A stretch of DNA of 61,946 bases, the filler included, from Dirinaria sp. TL-2023a (taxonomy: Eukaryota): NCBI GenBank assembly GCA_051941275.1. It is 2 parts of 2 records of this genome, joined end to end, with 100 filler letters (N's around TTAATTAATTAA, not from the genome) between each part and the next. Parts side by side here need not be neighbours in the genome. Positions count along the whole stretch, not along the records: positions 1 to 30,926 come from JAVEBF010000097.1; 1 more part is not named here. The stretch is one strand, 5' to 3'. Of this stretch, positions 14,568-25,974 are shown piece by piece. Position 1 is the stretch's first letter. Each line of letters begins with the position of its first letter. The translations under genes and the position numbers were made by a program. A model generated the notes under the pieces. The model made no database searches. It was not told the origin of the DNA and was given only the letters and a program-made list of their open reading frames with translations.

Positions 14568-15718
14568 TTACGAAGAAGGAGGCCCAGAATAGATCGCGCA
14601 GGCGCCCAATCCAAAATAGCCAGCTCCAGGCGTCAGATTTGCATACTCCAAAAGCGCTCCGTTCGGACATTGTGCAGAGGCAGCCGGAGAAGTGCCGCTT
14701 GACGTGGACAGGAGGGTACAGACGTTGCCATTGCCTTGATCAAAGTAGTAGAGATAGCAACCAGGGGTTGAGTAGCAGGCGTTGCAGCAGCCGCCTGCAG
14801 TGCCATCTGTTGAGGGCGTAGAGCTCGCTACGTTGACGCCAGACTGGCCTGGGGTATAGCTTACGTAGCCGCCGCTGTACGAGAAGCCGTAGTTGTTTAT
14901 AGGACTGCAGACTGCGGGGATGTGTCAGATTTTTCATTCCATGACGTTGGGAAAAAGTGCTAGGATTTTTTACTGTTGGTAGCCACAACGACGGTTGTTG
15001 TTGTGGTGGCGGTGATTGGAACGACTTGAGTGGTGACTGTGGTTGTTGCAACCGTTGACGTTATCGTTTGAGTTGTCTGTTCGATGGTCAGAGACATGGA
15101 GTATGAGTTTTGGAGACTTCACCCACTGTTGACTGTGGTAGTGTTGATGATACTGTAAGAGTGGTGCTTGGAGTAGGAATCTTGAGGCAAGAGCAGGCCG
15201 ACGAGATCACGTTGGTTGCGAATGCAGAAAGGCAGGCTGGTACTTTAGGCGTTGGCGCAGGCTTCTTTGATCGCTTGCCAACGTGGGCAGGAGGGGTCGG
15301 ATTCAGACGGATTGCATCCGCTGGTGTTTGAACTTCTCTCTTGAAGACCCCGACGGTGGAAGTGGACGTCACAGTGATCGAAACGACGTCCGTTGTTACG
15401 GTTGACGAAGAGGTTATAGTCTGGGTTGAGATTAGAAATGAATTTTGGTGATCACAAAAACTGCCTTACATTGACAACAGTACTTGTGATAATGCTAGTC
15501 GTAGAGACTGTAGTGACAGGAGGCGTAGAAATGGCTGTCGTGGTTGCTGTTTTGGTAGAGATCCCCAAGAAGCTGCTGCAGAATGGCGTTACCGAGATCG
15601 AAGCCTTCGAAAGAGCGGTCGCGATGGGAGAGATCTGAGCACAAAGTATGGGTGCCGGCTGATTTGGAGCGGCTTGAACAAGCGAAGCAAGGAGCAGGAA
15701 TGGTAAATGAGGTAGCAT
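14568..15718 (-). CDS. Secreted Thr-rich, Cys-containing cell-surface protein with a C-terminal Cys-rich (apple/PAN-like) module; 4 exons
   Basis: Signal peptide MLPHLPFLLLASLVQA; FCSSFL and SSACSCL motifs; KR Kex2-like sites; introns ~15421-15469, ~15077-15126 and ~14912-14973; last exon reads ICSPINNYG...GCCNACYSTPGC...CPNG...GACAIYSGPPSS*. Confidence 0.75.
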
Positions 15719-17214
15719 CTTGCCGATCGAAACCTGAGCTTGTTTTTGAAAAGAGACAGGAAGATGAGGATAGAATAGAAGCTGTCTTTTCCGAGGAGAG
15801 CCAGGTCAATGCTGGTAGAATTTCAAAGGGTAGGAAAGGCTCTTATATGAACGACTTCATTCCCGTCAAGCTGTATGAATAAATGGAGCCTCGAAAGTAG
15901 ACCGCTTTGAAAGCATATCAACCTCTCCCTTCCCTGTCCTAGTGTGCAGCGAGTACGAGGGTACTAATGATCGTCTCTTCTGCTCGGACGTCTTTCAAAG
16001 GGACAACGGAGGAGACTATCTCAGCCATTACAGGCCAGAACCCCTCTCTTCCCAGCTGAAATACTTCGTAGTTCGTACCTGCCAGACGAATGGCTCACGT
16101 TGTTCTAGTAGGCTAGTGACAGGTAGAATAAAATATCTACCCATGGTCAGGTCACATTTCGATAGTTTCCCGGCTAGATCAGTGAGTCGCACGCGAACAG
16201 TCTTTCACCGCATTCGAATCTAGAACCGAGATAGTAGCAAGATTGAGATGCATGATAGAATTTAGCAGTGCTTCAGCTGACGGTTTGGCAGCTATCCATA
16301 TGTGGCTTAAGAATTCGCAATTACTGTAGGATTAAAAACTGACCGCGCCGAGTCGAGTCGAGTCGAGACTTTCGATCGACGCGGACTCGCGTATCGCCAA
16401 GACTCTTCTTACGTGAACAGGCATAATTCGTGTGCTAATTCTGACTATCCTTGGCGCTAAGAGCACAGTCGAGTAGAAAGTCTCGATCAGTATCTGCTTT
16501 GCGATTAGTCTGCACGAATACGAGTAGTGCTGCTGCTACAAGGACTGAAAGAGCAGAACATTTCACCAAGCATCCAAATTGGGCAAACACAGAACCCTTA
16601 GTCCCGATCTTGATTACCTTAGCGTTTGAAACCTTAGCGACAATCTACATCGCACCCTCTCCTATCCGTAACTGGTTTAGCTATCCGAGGAATCGCCCCA
16701 AGTTTGAGCAGCATCTCAGAGTTGCACTTCTATTCACCGACGATTGAACCCCTAGTCGACTAATTTCAATCGAGAGACCGAAGGCCCAAGGCGAGAGCAC
16801 AGACAAGAACATGAGCTTATAACTGACGCCTTTTCGAGTTTGCCGCGTGCTACCTTTTCTCATACGCACGGTCTTTTAGCGACCTGAACCTATCAGATGA
16901 TGATCGACAGTGTGCATATGGATGGAAAAATAAAAATTCGGGCAAGAATGGCATGTTGCACGCAGAGCGCTTGACATAGCCAAATGGACCTAAGAAAGTA
17001 AATAGCAGTACGCAGAAATTATGTGAGGAAACGCCGTATAGAACATTGATTACTTCCCAAGTGACTCGCTGGGCATGCGTCTTCGAAATCGTCTGAGCAT
17101 TAAGCGCTTTCCTCGATCCACAACAGATGTCGTCAAAGATAAAAAGCGCATGACTTTTGACACGCAATCAAGGAGTAAAGAGAGACCAAACGAAAGCTAG
17201 ACTGCATCTTCTAT

Positions 17215-17558
17215 CAGATTGCAATATCAAAATTGTCTGATACCTTGAACAAAGCTCTCAAGCATGCCTTTAGTCCCTCAGACTGTTCGCGCAAAACAAC
17301 ATTTTCGACAGCAAGAGCGCAGCAAGAGAGACATTCAGCACTCAGAAGAGCCTCCGTGTTTTACGTAGAAGACGGCCAATCTTCTGCAGCTCTCAATGAC
17401 TTTTGCAACGTTGCATATGTAGGTCCCATTCCTTTTGAAAAGGACAGAGCAAGCGGCGGCAAGACAAGCAATGCTGTAGAACGCGGTAATGTGATGAGAG
17501 CAGAGACAAGGAAGGCGAGCGCGACGAGGTTAATGGTGTAGGTTTGAAGGATGAACAT
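17215..17558 (-). pseudogene. Possible decayed secreted-protein gene with an in-frame TAA at 17361-17363
   Basis: MFILQTYTINLVALAFLVSALITLPRSTA is signal-peptide-like, and the frame stays open for ~48 codons after the stop; no family recognised. Confidence 0.25.
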
Positions 17559-18060
17559 CTGCTCCAAGCGAGACTTCGTTCCTCTGTGGAGCCACAAATA
17601 GTAGGCTTCTCCATTTGTCTTTTGAAAGGATAGTCTCCGCCTTGACATTCTAAACCATCGTACACTACAGCAGGTGCGCGGATACCCAGAAGCCGGCTCG
17701 CATCAGAATTTGTGGTATCAATATCTTTTTAAGAATATGCTCCTGTCTCCGTCCCCAACCCGACAGCCTCATTCGCGTTGGAGGCCTTAGTCGTGTTCCC
17801 AGTGAAAGCACGACTGTAATACCAATACTGTGCATCTTCTCCCATGACATTTAAGGTGGCGACCCCCAGATGTGCATTTTAGGGAGTGTTCCCCTCGATT
17901 TCTTCTGGCCCCTAGTCGCTATAAATCCCATAGCACTTTTTCTCGGCAACAGTGTCTGCCCATGACCTCCAGTCCAGCACACTATACGCCTCTGATCGCC
18001 TTGAATATAGGCCCTATTTGGCTCTGACTGCCATGTTATCCTTCGCGAGCCAGAACCTTA

Positions 18061-18371
18061 TCACACAGCGCCAGTCTTCATGGGTTGCGGGCTCGGAGAT
18101 GCATCCCTGCCGTCATAAGTCGGCGGTGGAGGCCCATAAGCGTTATAAGGATCCACGTGTTTCGAGACAGGTAAGGTGTTCAAAGCAGTGGTCTGGTAGG
18201 CTTCACGATGTCGGCGGGCGCGTCGTCGTTTGATGAACGCGCAGATGGCGATGCCGATACAAAGTTGACGGCTATGGCCACGACGACGACGACGATGATG
18301 AGTGTGATATTGGTGTGGGTGCAATCGCCGTCGGAGTCGCAGTTTGTGTAGCGGCGAGTGAGGGAGTTCAT
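18061..18371 (-). pseudogene. Small single-pass membrane protein with a PPPTY (PY) motif, Rcr1-like topology; 1-nt frameshift at ~18265
   Basis: First frame MNSLTRRYTNCDSDGDCTHTNITLIIVVVVVAIAV continues after adding one base into LCIGIAICAFIKRRRARRH...YGPPPPTYDG...MKTGAV*. Confidence 0.6.
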
Positions 18372-18985
18372 GCTGGGAGAACGGAGAGAGAGCTGTGTCT
18401 GCGGTTGAGATTGCGCGGGGAGTGATGATTCGTGTAGGAAATATGTAAGTGGGGTTGTTTAACGAGGGCGATAGAAGCAGACAACAGCGATTTGTTTGAT
18501 GAAGACTCGCTTTGCAGCGTTTCACTGGGGAAATTGAGGGCAGCGACAGGATTTTAAGTTGTAGCGGAGAATCAAAATAGATCTTCGTTTGGCTGCACAG
18601 CCCTGCGTGGCTGTTTTGGGCGCGGGTCGCGGCTTTTTTGAAACCTTGCGCCCCGATTTCCTCTCTCACCAATCAACAGCTTTCAATCTCAGTCAAATTT
18701 TGGAAAGCGTAACGCAGCTTGAATGACAAATCGGATATCAATTTCGAATTTCAGTATCATCTCAATAGCGTTCTAGTAGCGTACAAGTTCTACACTTCGC
18801 CTCAGTAAAACAAAAAACCGCCTGTTCATTCCATGTCATCCATCTCTAACCTTGTAAAGTCCTCTGCGAGTTTCGACTCCGAGACTATCGTATTGTCCTT
18901 GTGCACATTCATCGAGCCCACCGGAACTCCCCCCTCCTCATCAACATCGTCATCGTCGACATCTTTCTCCGCTTTTTCATCGATG

Positions 18986-20031
18986 TTAGCGCCGCCAAAT
19001 AGCTTCTCTTGAGATGCCGATTTGCCTATACGTCTAGTTAGATTGAGTGAGTGCCATTGATAGCTTAGAGGGAGGGAATAGGTAATTTCGAAGAACGTAG
19101 ATACCGCCGGGAAAATACATACGCTTAGACAACGTCAACATGCCGCCGTTATCAAAACCATCCTCTAATCACATCAGTATGAATCTAGCTATTTAATGAG
19201 AATTAACGAAAGCCTCATACCGTCACGACAGATCCACTCCTCAGCCTCGAGGTCGTCCTTTTTCAACGCTGTGTCTACTTCCATCTCATGACCTCGATGC
19301 TGTAACATATGCTCGAACCGACCATTGACGTTAGACTCTCGCCTACAAGCGGCAATATAGTTCAACGCGTGATTGACGGCTAGCTTCCACGACGTATGAA
19401 TATGAGCGGAACTATGACGCTTTGACGCCTTGTCTTTGGAAAGACAATTGCGGAGCCAGGGGACCGCTGCCTCAGGAATGCCGCCGCAGTTATCAAGCGG
19501 TAGCGTGACATGTAGTAAGTCCCTGCATGCTGCTAAGTGCCCTTCAATGGTCTTGTTGAAACCCTTGTTGAATTTAGGCTGGCATTTCCTTCCTAGCTCT
19601 TTATTGATCCATTGTACATGCTCCTGCTCCTTCTCTACCCAAGTCGCTCTATCAATCTTGACCAGAGTGTGCCAAATATCTTCGTCAGTTTTGTGGTCAA
19701 TGCCTTCCTCTATCCTCTCCCAGATGCTACGTTCTACAGCGGAATGACGGGCAATATCGTGTTGGTAACGGGCGTCTTCGTCAGGCAGCAGCTCCGCGCG
19801 GCGGTTGAAAAGAGCGCGATACTGGACGAGAAGGTCATGCGGCAGTATTTCTTGTCGTAGATTTAAAAAGGTAATCTCGGATTGACGACGTCGTTGCTCG
19901 GGCGTCAGAAGTGCTCGATCACCAAAGTTGGGGATGTTGGAGCGCCTCGCTTTGCGGACCTCACGGCGCGCAAGATTTCTCGGATGCGGTCTAGAGGAGC
20001 CATCTTGATCAACAGCGGCAGGGGAAGGCAT
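18986..20031 (-). CDS. Hypothetical alpha-helical protein (~300 aa)
   Basis: 280-codon ORF from ATG 20031; canonical GTATGA (19220) and GTATGT (19122) donors with matching acceptors (19165, 19026) add two short 3' exons; no motif recognised. Confidence 0.6.
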
Positions 20032-20391
20032 GGTGATGTCAAGGTGGTGGATGTGAGCTGGGAGAAGCGTGCAATAAGGTGAAAGTAGACGTAGGAATGG
20101 AATAAAAGTATCGTCTTCTCACTGATCCCGAAGTCAGCTACACCATGTCATTGCGTCATTTTGCAAAAGATAGCGACGCGATTGGAGAGGAGATGTACAT
20201 AGATTGTCAACACTTTGGCAGCATACGTAAAGGAAATCCAGCGATTGCTGAATGTGACGAAGCTGGACTGAGATTACGAAAACATAGAAAGAGCTCAATG
20301 AGAAGTGATATGTTGTTGGCTGCGACCAGCATAATTAAAATCGCGCTTGCAACTTCATGAGTCTATGTTTATAGTTGACAATATTGGGGTC

Positions 20392-20914
20392 ACATTTCAC
20401 GACAACCGTGGTGGTTCAATATATGAACAGAGCTCCAACTCTGCATTTACAGCCTATGTCCTTTGTGGAATCTGAGGGTGCAGGAATTGGGGTGTCGGCT
20501 GCCGCCCTTTCTTTTTTTGCGAAAAGGCCCAGCGTTCGAGTCAGAGGTTGATCAAACTTTTCTTTTTGCTTTTCTCCTTCCCCTAATGCAATCAAGCTCT
20601 CAATTGAGATATGTTTAAATAAAAGTACATGTTAGACATCAAGAACATGGGAAATGCATGAGTTGGTCATATCACCAGCATAACGAAAAAGGTCAGCGAA
20701 AAGACGATATACGAAAGAAAATAAAATTTTGTCTTGATATTAATTATTGCAGTAACATTTTCACGACAGCCGTGGTGGTTCAATGTATGAACAGAGCTCC
20801 AACTCTGCATTACAGTCTATGTCCTTTGTGGAATCTGAGGGCGCAGGAATTGGAGTATCGGCTGTCGCCCTTCTTTTTTGCGAAAAGGACCATAGTTCGA
20901 ATCAGACAGAGGTT
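20392..20914. repeat. Direct duplication of ~160 bp (copies ~20392-20550 and ~20755-20914)
   Basis: Both copies read ACATTT(T)CACGACARCCGTGGTGGTTCAATRTATGAACAGAGCTCCAACTCTGCATT...GAAAAGG..GTTCGA; most differences are transitions. Confidence 0.9.
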
Positions 20915-22866
20915 AACCATCTCTTATTTTGTCGTTTCATTCTTTTGTTTTAATACTTATTACACATCTTTCACCTACCTTCGAGCATAGGCAGATGACG
21001 CACTTTCAACTATGAAGCGTTTTCGATTTCTGATGCATTATGTTCCATCTTCGAGTGTCGCAAATACTTCTGACCCATATCTACATTGTGCTCATAGATC
21101 AATTCCACATCATTGTAATTTGCTAGTGTAGTCGAACGGGGCTCCCGGGCTCGAGATCGTTTAACTTCAAAATTTGGGATCGCAGAAGCTGTAGTAAGAT
21201 TGTCTTCACTAAGCCATGTGCTAATTGGGACGTCTTCGCTTGGCAATGATATACTCTATTCGGAACATGGACCTCTTGATACAGAGTCGAAGTCCGCTTT
21301 GCCTTGTCCTGAGTCCTGCAAAGAGCAGCGCGGGTAACAAGAGACAGCGGGCAGCGGCTCGCTTTTCCGGAAGCGAGGCTTGGCAGGAAACCCTGTGTAG
21401 GAGATTTCGTTCCAAGCAGCATAGAAGGATAACAAGTAATTGCTCTTGATCTGAAGATAGCACTTTCGACGGCTGACATTAACTCATACACACATCATAT
21501 TCTAATACCAAGCGACGGCTTCGTAAAGAAGGCTTGGTACTACTCTTACAGGTAAGCTCGTCCACTACATCTGAATGCCACACTTATAATTTCCCTTCTA
21601 CGGAGTATTCTCATCATCCAACGATCCAAAGTTCAGTCTAATTGCAACTATTACTGGTCGTGGACCAATATCAAATGCCCACGTTACCTCCAAAGGTAAG
21701 ATGGATGGAGAAGCGGTCGCAGCGCCGGGACCCCGCCAAAAAGCCATGCAATGAAGACAGCGAGGATGATTATGATGACTCAAAGAACAAGAGCCCGGAA
21801 TCCTTGATGTACTTGTTGTGATACGAATCTTAGATGTCAGCGATCCTGTCGTTGCCCGCACACCGAAAGAGCTTTTCAAGACTGATATAAGTCGAATAAT
21901 CTCCGTTATCTCGATTACATCTGGGACAAGATGACAAGTGATTTTACGTTTCAATACTTACAGCGTAAAGTGATCTCTGTCCTCAGCTGGCAAAGCATGA
22001 CATCTTGCGCCCTCAAACGAGGACGATGACACTCACGCTTCGATCAATGTCTGAGCGACGTCGAAAGTGTTGAATATTTACTATGAGATGCGCAGACATG
22101 TTCTTTGCAATTACTTGAATGTGGAAACGAGGCAATTGTCTTGGTGCTCGAACGAATGCGTCGAAGAACTTTCACCGCGTTACTTCGACATCTGCAGATG
22201 AGCATTTCGATGTAAATTCGCTGGAATGTTTAGTGCAAATGCGCTCATACCATGTACTTCTGCCCAAGCGTTGCTAGCACCTGCGTCCTTTTGGTCGCTC
22301 TGTTGCTCTTGCCATCTTTTGTTTCTGCAGTATCAGCCTGAATAGTGAAAATTTGTTGAATCTATGCTTACATAATGTGGTACGTCTCCAGCAGAGTTCT
22401 CTAAGACATCCTTCTCAAAGTTTATCAAAATTGTTGAGAACGTGGCTGAAGCGGGTTATCCCAATCCCAACATCGGCCAAGTGTATGTTTGCTCTGAGAC
22501 TTCGGTCCAAAATCCCGCATCTTCCTAGCGTTGCCGCCTTGTTTGCTCCTTGGCACTGTGTATATATCACCTTCACAGCAAACCTAAATCCTGCTACCCA
22601 TTATTCATCAAGAGCGGAACCTATCTGGCAAGATATATTCATCGATTCTTGACGAGATTCTTCACCACGCGTCAGGCTAGGTAAAGCCAAGACTTCTTGG
22701 CCTGGGTACAGCTTTCAACTACTTTGCCTCCATCTCTTCGATTGTTCGATTCTTCGACTACTTACAGTGCAAACTTACGCTACACATTCCCCACCAAATC
22801 TACCGAAATCACATTACCTATTGTAAACCTCTTCAGAGCCTTGATTTACTATCACCTTCGAGAAGT

Positions 22867-24603
22867 ATGAGCCACCAAGCTCGGTCCTCTCGCTCTTCGG
22901 AGCAGAAGTTGTCAGATGATTCCGGCTATCACTCCCCAGGTACCGTACAGAGGCCACTAGCATAAGTACCACGCAGCTGACAAATGACAGATGGCGACTT
23001 CATCTGCTCCATAGAGTCTTATGTGGCATCACATGATCGGTTTCGAGTGGTCGGATACAACATTCCAAGAGCCTATCCCATGCGAATGGGTGCCTCTGGT
23101 CAGAATATAGTAGATCTAGTCGACAAATCTGTGGATGCTGCGGCTGCTCAAATCCTACAACACTATCGAATTCAAGCTAGCCGTGCTATATACAGGCGAT
23201 GGAGGCCACTTGAAGAAGTCATGCATACATACCTGTTGGAGACAAGTGATACAGACCCATCAACCTGGAGACAAGCAGCAATCGAGATTAACCACCTTTT
23301 CTTGAATGCTGGTGTGCCTCAGGAGATGATCGAAGTGGAGATTGTGAACCCTTCACTTTCCAACCATAAGACTTCTACGGTGCTTCCCTCAGATCCAAAC
23401 ATTCTAAACGCGCTGGAGTCCACAAGATCAAAAACTGTAAACTTTCTGCAGGCATACGCCCCGTCGTATTGGACCTCGGTAGCCTTCCACATGCGGCACA
23501 ATAAGTTCCGACCTCAAGAGCCGAAGAAGCCTACGATTCTTGTGTTCTTCCGAATAGCCGCATGCACGAGGTTTGAATATTTAGAGCAAGAGCTTAAGAA
23601 ACACCTTAAGCATGACTTGATTGCACCATTTGCAATTGAATTTCTCTCCGGAGAAATCGATTTGGGGATGGATAATCCAAGACCAATGCTTCCGCGACGC
23701 CCCATTGGTGCTCTTCCCCGGAATGGCGACTCACTGGGCGTGCGAGGTGAGAAGTTTGAAGCTGGCACTCTTGGGGGCTGGCTCACCTTAAGATGGCCAG
23801 GTCAGACTCGACGCACTAAGGTCGCAATGACCGTATTTCACCTTGTATCTGGTCAGAAGACACCGGATGATCCTGTGTTGCATCCGAGAGCCGTCGACGC
23901 GACTACCTCGAGCAATAAGACTCAGATGGAATTCCCCGCCGCTTACGATCGGAAATTTGCTATTGAACATTACAATGACCGCTTGCAAGGGAAATTGAGC
24001 CAAGCGCAGCGGATGGCTTATCAAAAGGAATTAGATAGGCTGGTAAAACACGACGCTAAACCTGTCATTGGCTCCGTTCTGTATTACTCAGGGGTCCGTA
24101 AGAATTCAAAAGGCCGTCGGATGGACTGGGCGCTGTTTGAGACGGAATCCACATGGACTGAAAACATTCCGCCATCCGCAGCCTCATTCGCCAACCCAGC
24201 GTCAAGATTCCCTTCATCGGCATCAGCGGAAGTCTTTTACGAGCCCGACGCTAGTACTAGAATTCGACGCTTTGGTAAAATGCAACTCGGAGGCTGGGTG
24301 GTAAAGAGTGGACGAACAACCTCGGACACGTCCGGCGAAGTAAACCACCTTCGTAGGTCGATAAATTGGCAGGCCCACAATCGTTTTATCAGCGAAGAAA
24401 TCGAAGTGATGGGATTGAATAGTGATTTCGTAGATGGTGGAGATTCTGGGTCGTGGGTGTCGAATGAGGAGGGCGAACTAGTTGGCATGCTAATCGCGAA
24501 AGATTCAAATGCCTCAAATTATAATATTGGTTTCGTGTCGGATATTGGGGACATCCAGGAAGACTTTGAGGCGCTATGTGGATGGACATTTACGCTACCA
24601 TGA
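22867..24603 (+). CDS. Trypsin-fold (clan PA) serine protease, Ssy5/peptidase S64-like, with no signal peptide; exons 22867-22939 and 22991-24603
   Basis: GTLGG strand; catalytic His (AMTVFHLV), Asp (MDWALF) and Ser (GGDSGSWV); KSGRTT motif; 51-nt GTACCG...GCTGAC...CAG intron joins the upstream ATG in frame. Confidence 0.85.
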
Positions 24604-24804
24604 AGCTAAGCAATTAAATGCTGGTCAAGGACTCAGGATCAACTATGGAGCAGAATCATGAGGCTGCAAAGTTGAGTGCCGCGTGATGAACACAATGAGA
24701 TTCAGCATAATTTTACTTAGATGCTGGAAGACGACATTGAAAGCGCTGTTTCGGTCTTCACATAGCATATGACAGACAGCACTTGATCTTGATTCCTTTT
24801 TTAG

Positions 24805-25974
24805 CTACTCATCATGCGCTTCCAGAATCTGTCTGGCAATCTCATTCTCCTCGCTCTGCTCCAGCTTGCTGCTCTCTGCAAAGGTCTCACCACCATCCAC
24901 TAACAGCCGCGCCTCTTCCTCCTTGGTCAGATCCCCAGCATGGCGCCCGAGAGTTAGGAGCATTGATTCGCGTAAATACTTGCCGGAGGTTGCGAATGGT
25001 CTGCCGGTCGGCAGCTCCGTGAGGTAAGTCTCCCAGCCAGGTTGTCGATAGAGTTTGTTTCGCAGAATCGAAACCACAAAGTGGTAGTGCAAGAAGCGCG
25101 AGGCTGGTCTCGCCTCCGTATGAAACTCGACTTCGCTGTCGTTCAAGGACCTTAGATTTGTACGACCCATATCAGTGTTCAACGCGGAATCGTTGATCAA
25201 CTGGATCTTCCATCGTTTAATTGGCTGCTCTTTGGGATCAATAGGGAGCAGAACAAAAACACCTTTGTCGAAGGCCCTCTCTACAGACTCATGGATCAGC
25301 AAACAGTTATCGGAGGTATTTAACCTCGAGCTGGACCCAACTCCAAACAAATAATCCACGACCTCTGGTCTGATGGCGCGTGGTACGATGTGTGCCGCCC
25401 TCACCGACTCCGCATCAAACCATCCCTTGGCGATTGGACACCAAAACTTCTCCTCCAGCCCTTCTGGAGCCCCTTGTCCCGGTTGGTATGCTTCAATGGA
25501 AGCATTTCTCATCTGGGTCTGCACATTCGACAAACGTGCGGATGACGTATAGGGATCTTTGTACAGAGCTAAAAGGGTATGTACAAAGGCACCCTCCGAG
25601 TCAGGACCGAGGTATGGAGCTTTTCCGGCCTTCTCACTGAGCGCACGTAGCTGCTGCTTTTGGGTCCAAAGATCGTTGCCCAGGCTGATGATTCTCTTAT
25701 TTGTCTCACGGTGATCCTTGCGATAGTTGGTGTCTGTAAGATTTCGCTCCTTTTTCTCTACATCGAGCCAGTCTTTGTGCAACTTCTGCTCTTCTATCTC
25801 TGTCTCAAGCTCTTCAATCTTGAGTCTCGTATAGTCCGAAGGGCTGTCTCCGTAGGAGATGGTGCTTAGTTTACTCTTCAGATCATGCTTGCTCGCTTTG
25901 ATAGCTAGACTTCGTTCATGCAAAGGTACACGCGAGCTTGTTCGCTGTGGAATATCAAAGGGAATCCCAGCCAT
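24805..25974 (-). CDS. HNH endonuclease-domain protein (HNH_2-like) with an N-terminal coiled coil
   Basis: WCPI...AAHIVP...NCLLIHESVERAFDKG matches the fungal HNH_2 pattern, followed by RPASRFLHYHF; E/K/Q-rich heptad N-terminus; intronless 389-aa ORF. Confidence 0.82.
   Translation of the reverse strand: MAGIPFDIPQRTSSRVPLHERSLAIKASKHDLKSKLSTISYGDSPSDYTRLKIEELETEIEEQKLHKDWLDVEKKERNLTDTNYRKDHRETNKRIISLGNDLWTQKQQLRALSEKAGKAPYLGPDSEGAFVHTLLALYKDPYTSSARLSNVQTQMRNASIEAYQPGQGAPEGLEEKFWCPIAKGWFDAESVRAAHIVPRAIRPEVVDYLFGVGSSSRLNTSDNCLLIHESVERAFDKGVFVLLPIDPKEQPIKRWKIQLINDSALNTDMGRTNLRSLNDSEVEFHTEARPASRFLHYHFVVSILRNKLYRQPGWETYLTELPTGRPFATSGKYLRESMLLTLGRHAGDLTKEEEARLLVDGGETFAESSKLEQSEENEIARQILEAHDE

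Noticed and set aside
16345..16392. (GAGTC)3 repeat with a possible hairpin
   Set aside because: Too short; no TSD or second end found
21000..22260. Fragmented protein-like frames and an intron-like GTAAGT...CAG on the minus strand
   Set aside because: Likely a decayed gene, but no family could be supported
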